NCBI GenBank assembly: GCA_963677895.2
Contig: CAXXGJ010000038.1
Coordinates: forward strand, 606,826 to 670,825
Source of the DNA: Treponemataceae bacterium
Lineage (GTDB): Bacteria > Spirochaetota > Spirochaetia > Treponematales > Rectinemataceae
Length of the DNA stretch: 64,000 nucleotides
Direction of reading: 5' to 3'
Made by a program: the position numbers and the translations under genes. A model generated the notes under the pieces. The model had not been told where the DNA came from. It did no database searches and saw nothing but the letters and a program-made list of their open reading frames with translations. Within the stretch, counting starts at the first letter, position 1. Each line of letters begins with the position of its first letter. Of the stretch, positions 9,539-18,759 are shown one piece after another.

Positions 9539-10236
9539 ATATTGAACCCATTGAAGCGCAAAGCCTCGAGAAAGTCGTCTATCTGAATATCAAAAACAGG
9601 ATCATCTCGCTTGAGATTCCGCCGGAAGAAACGCTCAATATCAACTCCCTCGCGGCTTCCCTTAATGTGAGCATCACGCCGGTGAGAGGCGCGCTGCAGC
9701 TGCTCGAAAGGGAAGACCTCATCCGGAGGATTCACAATAAGGGCTTCTTCGTCGCGCCCATGACGAAGCTGGATTCCGAATATGTCTACGAAATGCGCCT
9801 CTCTCTCGAACTGCTCGCGCTGGAGAGAGCGATAGTCAATATCGACAAAAAAATGCTGAACAACCTCATAAAAAAAATGGTGGAACTCCTCGAGCTCCAC
9901 GACAAGTCTCCCACGAGCCTTCCGTACGAACTCGATTATTCTCTCCACGACCTCATAATCTCCTCATGCGGAAACCCTTACCTGCAGCATACCTATGAAA
10001 GGCTGATGGCCAATATCCAGCGCTACCGCAATGTCATCAGGAAATTTTCGCCGCCCGACGATATGAATTGGGTACGATCCGAACTCGAGCAGCATATTCA
10101 GATCGGCGAGCTTATATTGAAAGGCGACCTGGGCAGCGCGAAGGAACTGCTCGCCCGCCACATCAAGCATTTGATCTCGATCGTGAGCGAAAAGCTGTCG
10201 AATATAGCCTTCCCCATACCCATAACAAAGGAGTGA
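9535..10236 (+). CDS. GntR family regulator (FCD domain)
   Basis: wHTH LAASLNVSITPVRGALQ.L, YE.R..LE, D..LH, N.YL, EH..I. Confidence 0.9.
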   Translation: MNIEPIEAQSLEKVVYLNIKNRIISLEIPPEETLNINSLAASLNVSITPVRGALQLLEREDLIRRIHNKGFFVAPMTKLDSEYVYEMRLSLELLALERAIVNIDKKMLNNLIKKMVELLELHDKSPTSLPYELDYSLHDLIISSCGNPYLQHTYERLMANIQRYRNVIRKFSPPDDMNWVRSELEQHIQIGELILKGDLGSAKELLARHIKHLISIVSEKLSNIAFPIPITKE

Positions 10237-10240
10237 AGCA

Positions 10241-10519
10241 ATGAAGCGAGGACTGATAATGAATCGGCTCGACAATGTCGCCACCGTGCTGGACGATGTC
10301 GAGAAGAATGAAATCGTCTCGTGTAAGGGCTTGACCAATATCGTCGAATTGAAGGCCAACGAAAAAATCCCGCGCGGCCACAAGATTTCGCTCTCCATGA
10401 TTCCCGAGGGAGAAGCCGTCGTGAAATATGGTTTTGAAATTGGGTATTCCCTCTGCGAAATAGCGAAAGGTTCATATGTTCACGTGCACAATGTGGGAAG
10501 CAAGAGAACGGAGGAATAA
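10241..10519 (+). CDS. UxaA family dehydratase, small SAF-domain subunit
   Basis: DNVAT, IP.GHKI, V.KYG, G..VH.HN. Confidence 0.85.
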   Translation: MKRGLIMNRLDNVATVLDDVEKNEIVSCKGLTNIVELKANEKIPRGHKISLSMIPEGEAVVKYGFEIGYSLCEIAKGSYVHVHNVGSKRTEE

Positions 10520-10522
10520 ACG

Positions 10523-11704
10523 ATGAAGACATTATTCGGCTATCGCCGTCCCGACGGAAAAGTCGGCTTCCGCAATGTGACGCTCGTAATGCCCGTCGTC
10601 GCCTGCGTGAATCATATCGCTTCCCTGATCGCGAAGGACATTCCCGGCGCCGTGGCCGTCCACCACGAGGTAGGCTGCGCGCAGATTGGCGCCGATCATA
10701 GGCAGGCGTTCAGGACACTGCTGAATACGGGGCTAAATCCCAACGTGGGGGCCATCCTCCTCGTGGGCTTGGGATGCGAGAGGATCGATCCCCAGGAATT
10801 GGCCGCCGATTTGGCGAAGTCGGGAAAACCAGTCGAATTCATCGTTACCCAAGAGCTGGGTGGTACCCTTTCGACCGTGAAGAGAGGAAAGGAAATCGTG
10901 TCGGCCATGGTCCGCGACCTCGCGGGCATGAAACGCGAGGAGGTCCAGCCCTCGAGCATCGTGCTCGGCGTCGAATGCGGAGGAAGCGATTTTTCGTCCA
11001 GCCTCTCATCCAATCCCGTGGTGGGTTACGTCGCGGACGAACTCTTCACCTTGGGCGGGCGAATCGTCCTATCCGAGACCACCGAGGTCATAGGCACCGA
11101 GAGCATCCTCACCAAGCGCTGCGCCAGCACTGAAATCGCGGCGAAGCTGGTGGACCGCATCAAGAAGATGGTCGAGTACAGCCGAGGCGAGGACAGGGAC
11201 GAGGTGGACGGCGTCGCCGTACCCAACAACATCTCCCCGGGAAACGTCAGGGGAGGCCTCACTACTATTGAAGAAAAATCGCTGGGCGCCATTTCCAAAG
11301 GCGGATACACCTGCCCTATCGTCGGCGTCGTCGAATACGCCGAGATGGTGGGCTCCACGCCGGGACTGTGGTTCATGGATTCACCCGGCTACGATCCGGA
11401 ATGCACGACGGGGCTCATGGCCTGCGGCTGCAATCTGGTGCTTTTCACCACCGGGCTTGGGACTCCCCTGGGAAATCCCGTCACGCCTATCATCAAGGTC
11501 ACCGGCAACAGGAAAACCGCGATGCAGATGAAAGACGATATCGACATAGACGTTTCCTCGATTCTCGAGGAAGGCGGCACCTTCGCGGAGGAGTCCGCGA
11601 AGATGATCGATTTTGTCGCGGTCATAGCGAATGGAACGCTGACAAAATCGGAAGCCTTCGGCTACGCCGACTTCGGCATCACCAGGATCGGCCCCCGGCT
11701 CTGA
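10523..11704 (+). CDS. UxaA/GarD/SuyB family dehydratase, large subunit
   Basis: GYRRPDG.VG.RN, GC, GLGCE, ECGGSD, SETTE, PGN..GGLTTIEEKSLG, FTTG.G. Confidence 0.88.
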   Translation: MKTLFGYRRPDGKVGFRNVTLVMPVVACVNHIASLIAKDIPGAVAVHHEVGCAQIGADHRQAFRTLLNTGLNPNVGAILLVGLGCERIDPQELAADLAKSGKPVEFIVTQELGGTLSTVKRGKEIVSAMVRDLAGMKREEVQPSSIVLGVECGGSDFSSSLSSNPVVGYVADELFTLGGRIVLSETTEVIGTESILTKRCASTEIAAKLVDRIKKMVEYSRGEDRDEVDGVAVPNNISPGNVRGGLTTIEEKSLGAISKGGYTCPIVGVVEYAEMVGSTPGLWFMDSPGYDPECTTGLMACGCNLVLFTTGLGTPLGNPVTPIIKVTGNRKTAMQMKDDIDIDVSSILEEGGTFAEESAKMIDFVAVIANGTLTKSEAFGYADFGITRIGPRL

Positions 11705-11771
11705 TCCGCGGCCATCGGGCGGCGACATTTCGGGCGACGGCGTCTCTGGCGCCCTCACAACGGAGGATACA

Positions 11772-12821
11772 TTGGAAGACATTGCGATCGATTTTGAAGA
11801 GCTCGTGAAGATTTCCGCCGCCGCTCTCCAGCGCGCCGGATTTCCGGCCGACAAGAGCGAGGAAGCGGCTCGCGTGCTGGTCGAGGCGGACTCAAGAGGG
11901 ATCCGCTCCCACGGCGTCGTCCGCCTGACCCGATATCTCAGCGAAGCGAAACAAGGGTTCATCCGCCCCGAGGCCGAGCCCGAGGTCGTCTTCGAGACGC
12001 CAGTCTCCCTCGTGGTGGACGGAAACAGGGGTTTGGGGCAGCACGTGTCGATCTTCGCCATGGAGCGCTGCATCGAGAAGGCCGAAGCAAGCTATATCTG
12101 CTTCGCTACCGTCAGGAATTCCAACCATTTCGGGATCGCGGGCTATTACTCGGAGCTGGCGCAGAAAAAAGGCATGATAGGAATCTCGATGACCAACACC
12201 TATCCGCTGGTCGTCCCCACCTTCGGAAGGGAAGCCATGCTCGGAACGAATCCGATCGCCGTCTGCATCCCCGGCACGAGGGTTCCTTTCCACATGGACA
12301 TGGCGACGAGCGTGGTCCCGAGAGGCAAGATCGAAGTGAAGCTCCGCGCAGGGCAGCCGATACCCGAGGGCTGGGCCGTCGACGAGAACGGCTCTCGGAC
12401 CACGGATGCCGAAGCTGTCATCCACAACTTCAACACGCACTCCTATGGCGGCATCCTGCCTTTAGGCGGGGAAGGCGAAGGATTCGGCGGCCATAAGGGA
12501 TTCGGCCTGGCCACCCTCGTCGACCTGCTTTCCGCGGGCTTGTCGCTAGGACAGATGAGCCGCGACACCTACACCGACCAGGGAGGCGGCGTCTGCCACT
12601 TCTTCGGCGCGATCCGCGTGGAAGCCTTCGGGGACGCTCAGGCTATCAGGGCCGAGGTGCAGGACATCATGGATAGGCTCTGCGCCAGCCCCAGATCCTC
12701 GGGCAAGGATAAGATTTACTTCCACGGGGAGAAGGAGATGGCGGCGAGGGCGAATTCGATGAAGGATGGCGTGCGGCTGCCGAAATCCCTCCTCGACGAC
12801 ATCAGCGCCCTCGCGGAATAG
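11772..12821 (+). CDS. Ldh2 family 2-hydroxyacid dehydrogenase (malate/L-lactate/sulfolactate/ureidoglycolate type)
   Basis: SHGV, NSNHFG, GTNPI, DMATS, GHKG; TTG start after GGAGGA. Confidence 0.88.
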   Translation: MEDIAIDFEELVKISAAALQRAGFPADKSEEAARVLVEADSRGIRSHGVVRLTRYLSEAKQGFIRPEAEPEVVFETPVSLVVDGNRGLGQHVSIFAMERCIEKAEASYICFATVRNSNHFGIAGYYSELAQKKGMIGISMTNTYPLVVPTFGREAMLGTNPIAVCIPGTRVPFHMDMATSVVPRGKIEVKLRAGQPIPEGWAVDENGSRTTDAEAVIHNFNTHSYGGILPLGGEGEGFGGHKGFGLATLVDLLSAGLSLGQMSRDTYTDQGGGVCHFFGAIRVEAFGDAQAIRAEVQDIMDRLCASPRSSGKDKIYFHGEKEMAARANSMKDGVRLPKSLLDDISALAE

Positions 12822-12868
12822 AATCCCCCGAAAGTCTAGATAATTTTGCCATCGAAGGAATCGCGAAG

Positions 12869-14164
12869 ATGAATGCTGCGAAAATTCTTCCCAGATCCAA
12901 TTTTTCTTCCATCGAGGTGAGGCTCGATTCCGCGAACTCGATCGTCCTCGACGGATCGGCCGCGAAATCGGCGCGCTTCGCGCAAAGCCTGCCCGGGCCG
13001 CTGCCAAGACAGGGCGCCGCGCTACGCGGGGCGATCAACGAAGCCCTATCTTCCCGTCACGGGCCGGCCCTCGAGGACATCGTCAACCCGCGAAAGCGCG
13101 TGATCTACGCCATCGACGACCACACCCGGGGAACCCCTACGGCTCCCATTCTGGAGAGACTTCAGGAGCGGCTGAACGCCATGGGCCTCTCGGACTCGCA
13201 GACGATGATCCTGGTCTCGGCCGGCACGCATAGGCCTATGAACGAACAGGAACTCCGCATGAAGGTCGGCGGGCTTTACGGCCGCGTGGAAATTATCCTG
13301 CATGACTGCATGAATTCCGGGGAACTGTACAAAGCCGGGATTATCGATGGCATTCCCGTTCTTCTCAACAAGAACCTAAGGGACGCGGGCACGGTGATCG
13401 GCATCGGCAGCCTCGTGGCCCACAAGTTCTCGGGCTGGTCAGGCGGCGCCAAGATCGTCTGTCCAGGGCTGACAGGGTACGAAACGATCTATCGCTGCCA
13501 CTACAAATCCATCATCGAAGAACATATCATCCCCGGACAGAAGGACAACTGGTTCCGGGGATTCATCGACAGGATCGGCGATCTCGCGGGGCTGAAATAC
13601 AGCGTCAACTGTATCCCCACGATCGGCGGTCTCGTCGGCGTCGTGGCGGGCGATCCCCATGCCGCCTTTGACAGAAGCGTCTCCATCGCCGAAGACTTCA
13701 TGGCCACCTCGTTCGAGAAAAAACATGACCTCGTGGTGGTCTCGGCCTACCCAGCGACCACGGACCTATGGCAGAGCGGCAAAGGCTTTTACAATGGGGA
13801 CCTGCTCGTCAAGGATGGCGGGACTCTCGTCCTCGTCACGCCGCTCGATGAAGGGCTGGGCGACCACCCGGAGTTCATCTCTCTTCTCGAGAAAAGCCCC
13901 GCGGAAATCCTGGCTGTCCTCGATTCCGGAAAGCTTGAAGATCCCTTGGCGGCCGTGGCATCCTATGCAATCCGCCGCATCAGCGAAAGGTGCAGGTTGA
14001 GAATCGTGACGAACAACCGCTCGATCGTCGGGCATGACCTGCTGGGCGCGCCAATTTCGGGAGACATCGACAGCGCGACTGCCGAGGCTTTTCGGGATGG
14101 GGCTCGGGACCTCGCCGTTGTCAATGACAGCTATATCCTCCCAAAAACGCTTGTCGAAGGCTGA
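12869..14164 (+). CDS. larA: LarA-family nickel-pincer 2-hydroxyacid racemase/epimerase
   Basis: DD.TR.TP, GTHR.M, H.FSGWSGGAK...PG motifs. Confidence 0.82.
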   Translation: MNAAKILPRSNFSSIEVRLDSANSIVLDGSAAKSARFAQSLPGPLPRQGAALRGAINEALSSRHGPALEDIVNPRKRVIYAIDDHTRGTPTAPILERLQERLNAMGLSDSQTMILVSAGTHRPMNEQELRMKVGGLYGRVEIILHDCMNSGELYKAGIIDGIPVLLNKNLRDAGTVIGIGSLVAHKFSGWSGGAKIVCPGLTGYETIYRCHYKSIIEEHIIPGQKDNWFRGFIDRIGDLAGLKYSVNCIPTIGGLVGVVAGDPHAAFDRSVSIAEDFMATSFEKKHDLVVVSAYPATTDLWQSGKGFYNGDLLVKDGGTLVLVTPLDEGLGDHPEFISLLEKSPAEILAVLDSGKLEDPLAAVASYAIRRISERCRLRIVTNNRSIVGHDLLGAPISGDIDSATAEAFRDGARDLAVVNDSYILPKTLVEG

Positions 14165-14197
14165 TCCGATGGAGCATTATCCAGTATACAGGAGCGC

Positions 14198-15397
14198 GTG
14201 AACATGAAACCGAGCTTGCCAGGAAAAATCGTCGACAGGATACACGAGATGACGCCGTCCATGATCCAGCTGCGCCATAGATTGCACGGCCTGCCGGAGC
14301 TGAAATTCGAAGAGCGCGGGACAATGGCCATCATAAGGGATTTCGCGGCCGGCTGCGGCGTCGAGCTGATGGAACCGCTCATCGGAACCGACACGGTAGC
14401 CCTCCTCCGAGGAGGACGGCCAGGCCCGACGGTGCTTCTGCGGGCCGATATCGACGCGCTTCCGATTCAGGATTGTTCGGGCATGCCCTGGAGCTCCGCC
14501 ACTCAAGGAAGATCCCACGCCTGCGGACACGACGGCCATATGGCCATGCTGCTCGGCGCCATGAAAATCGCGGGCGAATTCGCGGGTGACCTCGCGGGCA
14601 ATGTCCGCTTCGTTTTCCAGCCGGCTGAGGAGGAGATAGGCGGAGGCAAGGCGCTTATCGAAAAAGGACTGCTCGAGCTTGAGCCCAGGGCCAACGTCGC
14701 CTTCGCCTTCCATGGATGGAGTGGCCTCCCCGCGGGAAAGATAAGCTGCGCTCCCGGTCCGGCGATGGCGGCCGCGGATAGTTTTTCGATCACGATAAAG
14801 GGAAAAGGCGGACATGGGGGCATGCCTCACGAGGCGATAGATCCGGTGGTGGCCGCTGCCCAGTCCATAATCGCGCTGCAGACGATAGCGTCGCGCAACG
14901 TCGATCCGCTGAAGCCCGTCGTCATCTCCATCTGCTCGCTCCACGGGGGGAGCACGCGCAACGTAATTCCCGACGAAGTGGTTCTCGAGGGGACGATACG
15001 CTATTTCGACAAAGAACTTCGGGACTATCTCGGCGAGAAGATGCGGTCGGTCGTCTCGAACACTTGCGCCGCCCTGGGCTGCACGAACAGCTTCACCCTC
15101 ATCGAAGGCTATATTCCTACGATAAACGACAGGAAAAGCGCGGAAATCGCGCGCTCTATCATCATTTCAACCATGGGCGAAGCCGCGTGGTCCGAAGACT
15201 TCATACCCTCGATGGGAACCGAGGACTTCGCCTATTACCTGGACAGGATTCCCGGAGCCTTCATGAGGCTGGGATTGGGAAAGGACTGGCCCAGGCTTCA
15301 CAACCCCGCCTTCGATTTCAACGACGAGGCGCTGGAGGCAGGGATGACGGCGCTCCTAGCCCTCGCTTTCGGATACGACGAGGCCTCGAAGCAATAG
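14198..15397 (+). CDS. M20D amidohydrolase (N-acyl-amino acid/hippurate hydrolase-like)
   Basis: LRADIDALP, HACGHDGH, FQPAEE, GKGGH..PH, EDF, LHNP. Confidence 0.9.
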   Translation: MNMKPSLPGKIVDRIHEMTPSMIQLRHRLHGLPELKFEERGTMAIIRDFAAGCGVELMEPLIGTDTVALLRGGRPGPTVLLRADIDALPIQDCSGMPWSSATQGRSHACGHDGHMAMLLGAMKIAGEFAGDLAGNVRFVFQPAEEEIGGGKALIEKGLLELEPRANVAFAFHGWSGLPAGKISCAPGPAMAAADSFSITIKGKGGHGGMPHEAIDPVVAAAQSIIALQTIASRNVDPLKPVVISICSLHGGSTRNVIPDEVVLEGTIRYFDKELRDYLGEKMRSVVSNTCAALGCTNSFTLIEGYIPTINDRKSAEIARSIIISTMGEAAWSEDFIPSMGTEDFAYYLDRIPGAFMRLGLGKDWPRLHNPAFDFNDEALEAGMTALLALAFGYDEASKQ

Positions 15398-15436
15398 CGC
15401 GCGAACGACGTCGGCGCCTTGCCGTGTGGATTGTCC

Positions 15437-16189
15437 TCAGCGAACGGGATTCACAAGCCGGCCTATGCCCTCGATCTCGACGGCGACCTCGTCTCCCGCC
15501 CGCATAGGCCCCACGCCCGAAGGAGTGCCCGTCATGATGATGTCGCCAGGCTCAAGGGTCATTATCGCCGATAGATATTCAATAAGCTTCGGCACCGCGA
15601 AGATAAGGTTGGCGGTAGTGGACGACTGTTTCGCCTGGCCGTTGAGAAAGGTTTGGATCTTGAGCGAAGAAGGATCCAATTCCGTCTCGATCCAGGGGCC
15701 GAAAGGCAGAAAGCTGTCGAATGATTTGGACATGGTCCACTGCCCTTCCTTGGGCTGAAGATCGCGCGCGGTGACGTCGTTGCCGCAGGTGTAGCCGAGT
15801 ATATAGCCGGAGGATTCGGCGGCCGGCACGTTCTTCGCTTTCTTCCCGATCACGACGACGAATTCCCCTTCAAACTCCACCTGTCCGGACATGGCCGGCC
15901 GCTCGATGTAGTCGAGAGGAGCGATGACAGCCGTAGAAGGCTTGATGAAAAAGACGGGAGTCTTGGGAATGGCGAGCCCGAACTCCACCGCGTGGTCGCG
16001 GTAATTGAGACCGATGCAGAGGGCCTTGCGGGGCATGCAGGGCGAGAGAAGCTTCACGGCCGACAGGGGAACGGTTGCTCCGGTTGTCTCGAAGGCGCCG
16101 AAAGGCGTGCCGGCGGCTATTCGAATCATGGATCCTTCGAGGATGCCATAAGTTTCCTTGGCTTCATGGAGGAAACGGACGATTTTCAT
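15437..16189 (-). CDS. Fumarylacetoacetate hydrolase family protein
   Basis: CIGLNY.DH, F.KP, EGE, GYT.GNDVTARD, KSFD, TGTP.GVG. Confidence 0.9.
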   Translation of the reverse strand: MKIVRFLHEAKETYGILEGSMIRIAAGTPFGAFETTGATVPLSAVKLLSPCMPRKALCIGLNYRDHAVEFGLAIPKTPVFFIKPSTAVIAPLDYIERPAMSGQVEFEGEFVVVIGKKAKNVPAAESSGYILGYTCGNDVTARDLQPKEGQWTMSKSFDSFLPFGPWIETELDPSSLKIQTFLNGQAKQSSTTANLIFAVPKLIEYLSAIMTLEPGDIIMTGTPSGVGPMRAGDEVAVEIEGIGRLVNPVR

Positions 16190-16204
16190 GAAAGACTCCT
16201 TCCT

Positions 16205-17125
16205 TTATCGGTGAATGGACGCGTAAGCGGAAGCTATGGCCGCCGCGAGCGCCGCGTTGTGCTTTACGAGGGCGATGTTGGATTCCAGGCTGTCCCCGCC
16301 CGTGAGTTCGACTATCCTGGCGAGGAGAAAGGGCGTGAGCCTTTTCCCGCTTATCCCCAGCCTGCGGGCATCCGCGACGGCGGCGTCTATGGCCGGATTG
16401 ATGGTTTCGGGATCCATGGAATATTCCTCGGGTATGGGATTGGCCACCACGACGCCGCCTTCGAGTCCCGCCGCCCATTTCGCCTCGAGCATGGCGGCGA
16501 TCTCGGAGGGACTCTCGGCCTTCTCCTCGAGCATTATTCCGGAATGGCTCGTATAGAAGGCGGGAAGCTCCTGGGTCCGGTAGCCGATGACGGGCACGCC
16601 CTTCGTTTCGAGGTATTCGAGGGTTTTGGGAAGATCGAGAATGGACTTCGCGCCCGCGCAGACGACAGCCACGCTTGTCCGCGACAGTTCCTCGAGGTCG
16701 GCGGAAATGTCCCAGGTGCTCTCGGCGCCCCGGTGGATGCCGCCCATCCCGCCCGTTGCGAAAATCCTGATCCCAGCCATGGAGGCCACGATCATGGTGC
16801 CCGCCACGGTGGTGGCTCCCATGCCGCCTTCGGCCAGGAGACGCGGGAAGTCGCGCCTGGATGCCTTCGTCACGGAGGGTCCGGCCTTTGCGAGGCGTTC
16901 GAGGTCGGCGCGGGATAGCCCGGCCTTCAGCCGGCCGCCTATGATGGCCACCGTGGCGGGCTGGGCGCCGGCCGCCCTCACCACCTCTTCCACTTCGAGG
17001 GCGGTGTCGAGGTTTTTCGGCCAGGGCATTCCGTGGCTGATTATGGTCGACTCGAGCGCCACGACGGGCTTGCCCGCCGCGATGGCGGACTTCACTTCTT
17101 CCGCGAGATCCAGGTATTTGTTCAT
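16205..17125 (-). CDS. psuG: Pseudouridine-5'-phosphate glycosidase
   Basis: VVALESTIISHGMP.P.N, K.SRRD, ATTV, GG.HRGA, DISADL, GAKSILD, TPFLL. Confidence 0.95.
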   Translation of the reverse strand: MNKYLDLAEEVKSAIAAGKPVVALESTIISHGMPWPKNLDTALEVEEVVRAAGAQPATVAIIGGRLKAGLSRADLERLAKAGPSVTKASRRDFPRLLAEGGMGATTVAGTMIVASMAGIRIFATGGMGGIHRGAESTWDISADLEELSRTSVAVVCAGAKSILDLPKTLEYLETKGVPVIGYRTQELPAFYTSHSGIMLEEKAESPSEIAAMLEAKWAAGLEGGVVVANPIPEEYSMDPETINPAIDAAVADARRLGISGKRLTPFLLARIVELTGGDSLESNIALVKHNAALAAAIASAYASIHR

Positions 17126-17129
17126 CGAA

Positions 17130-18131
17130 TCACTCCTCGGGAAACATGAGGCGCGTCCGCGTCTCAAGGGCGGTTCCATCCAGGTCGGGAGCCACGGGTT
17201 CGGGCGAAGCCGTCGTGAGCATGGCCGCTGCGAGGGCATAGCGAGCCTTGTCCCTCATTCCATAGCCCCTGGCGTCAGCCCAGACCAGGGCGGCGCAGGC
17301 CGCGTCGCCTGCGCCCGAACGGTTTATCGAGACGGGCCTCAATTCCGGCGCCGGAAGACAAACGCGTCCGCGGTCCGCTATATCTGTATAATAATATATT
17401 CCCTTTTCACCAAGCGATATGAAGAGCTCGCCGGGGATTTTTCCTCTGGAAGCCATCGCCGCGCAGAGGGTTTCGGGTTCGACAGTTTCCGTCCCCGCGA
17501 GCCCCGTGACCCCAGCCAGTATGGCCGCCTCTGCCCTGTTGGGTTTCATGCAGTCGAATTCGCCCGTCAGTTCTTTGGCTTTGACGGCCTTGGCCGAGGA
17601 CACGGTATCGAGGAAGAGGCGCGGCGAGCGCCTGCCTGTCGCCGCCCTCGCCGTTCTGCCGTAGCCTTGGGCGAGCCAAGCCAGGCTCGAGGCCGGAAGG
17701 TTGGCGTCGGCGACGATATAGTCCGTCGAATCGAGATAGGGTTTTCTGGACGCGAGAAACTCGGGCGTCAGCAAGTCGACGATCGCCATGTCGGCCACCG
17801 CCGCGACGAGGGATCCATCGTTATTTATGGCGCAGATATAGCGCGCGGTGGGTGCGTGAGCGCGAAGACTCGCGCTCACGACGATGCCTTTGCGCTCGCA
17901 GTCGGATTGGAGAAAGCGCGCGTCCTCATCGTCGCCGAAGGCCGTGATGAGCCATGTCGAAAGTCCCAGTCTGGCGCAGTTCTCGGCGATGTTGCGCCCC
18001 ACGCCGCCTGAAGCCTTGATGATTCTGCCGGGATTGGAATCCGCGAGGATGAAGGGGGCGTCCGACTTTCCCTGAATGTCGATATTGGTTCCGCCAATAA
18101 TGACAACGCGGACCTTTTCTTGGTTTTCCAT
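17130..18131 (-). CDS. psuK: Pseudouridine kinase (PfkB family)
   Basis: IGG.N.D, DSNPG, GGVGRNIAEN, KPNR.E, GAGDA; adjacent to psuG. Confidence 0.85.
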   Translation of the reverse strand: MENQEKVRVVIIGGTNIDIQGKSDAPFILADSNPGRIIKASGGVGRNIAENCARLGLSTWLITAFGDDEDARFLQSDCERKGIVVSASLRAHAPTARYICAINNDGSLVAAVADMAIVDLLTPEFLASRKPYLDSTDYIVADANLPASSLAWLAQGYGRTARAATGRRSPRLFLDTVSSAKAVKAKELTGEFDCMKPNRAEAAILAGVTGLAGTETVEPETLCAAMASRGKIPGELFISLGEKGIYYYTDIADRGRVCLPAPELRPVSINRSGAGDAACAALVWADARGYGMRDKARYALAAAMLTTASPEPVAPDLDGTALETRTRLMFPEE

Positions 18132-18145
18132 ACTGTTGCTGCTTC

Positions 18146-18216
18146 ATGATACACAGAGAAGGCCTCTTTGGCAAAGCCTGCCGGCCATTGAAAATGCCCC
18201 GTCCCTGCGGTAGAGT
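18146..18216. promoter_or_regulatory. Divergent sigma70-type promoters (psuK; J-domain/polA)
   Basis: Minus: TTGCCA (18174-18169)-17-TATCAT (18151-18146). Plus: TTGAAA (18188-18193)-17-TAGAGT (18211-18216). Confidence 0.55.
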
Positions 18217-18246
18217 AGCGCAAGAGTCAGGGTCAAGGAGCTATGG

Positions 18247-18759
18247 GTGGATCAGATTTTCGAGCGTCTGGAAAAGTTGGTGAAAGCGTGGGTCAGTTCC
18301 GGAACTTCGGCGGCTTCTTCTTCATACGGCAGGGCCGGAGCGCGGCAGACCTATGGCGACCCGGATCTGGACGCCGCCATGGCCGAACTGGACGATTTCC
18401 TCGACACGAGCAAAACCGAAAGCGAAAAACGCGAAGCCGAGGAACAGCGGGCGCAGGCCGAACGCGAGCGGCGAGCCAGGGAAGACCAGAACCGACGCTA
18501 CCGGACTTCCTGGGGCAACGGAGCCTCGGCCGACGCCACGAACGCCGTCATCGAGGACGCCTACAAATATCTCGGCCTCAAACCCTACAGCCCCTTCGCG
18601 GAAGTGAAGGCGGCCTACAAGAAGCTCCTCTTCAAGTACCACCCCGACAGGAACGCCTCCACGCCCGACCAGCTTAAAAATGCCACCGAGACGAGCACGA
18701 GAATCAACGCCGCTTACCAGATCATCGAAACGTACGAAGAATCCAAGAAGGCACGATGA
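18247..18759 (+). CDS. C-terminal J-domain (DnaJ-like) protein
   Basis: AY..LG, K.AYKKL..KYHPD, IN.AY; GTG start after AAGGAG. Confidence 0.85.
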   Translation: MDQIFERLEKLVKAWVSSGTSAASSSYGRAGARQTYGDPDLDAAMAELDDFLDTSKTESEKREAEEQRAQAERERRAREDQNRRYRTSWGNGASADATNAVIEDAYKYLGLKPYSPFAEVKAAYKKLLFKYHPDRNASTPDQLKNATETSTRINAAYQIIETYEESKKAR

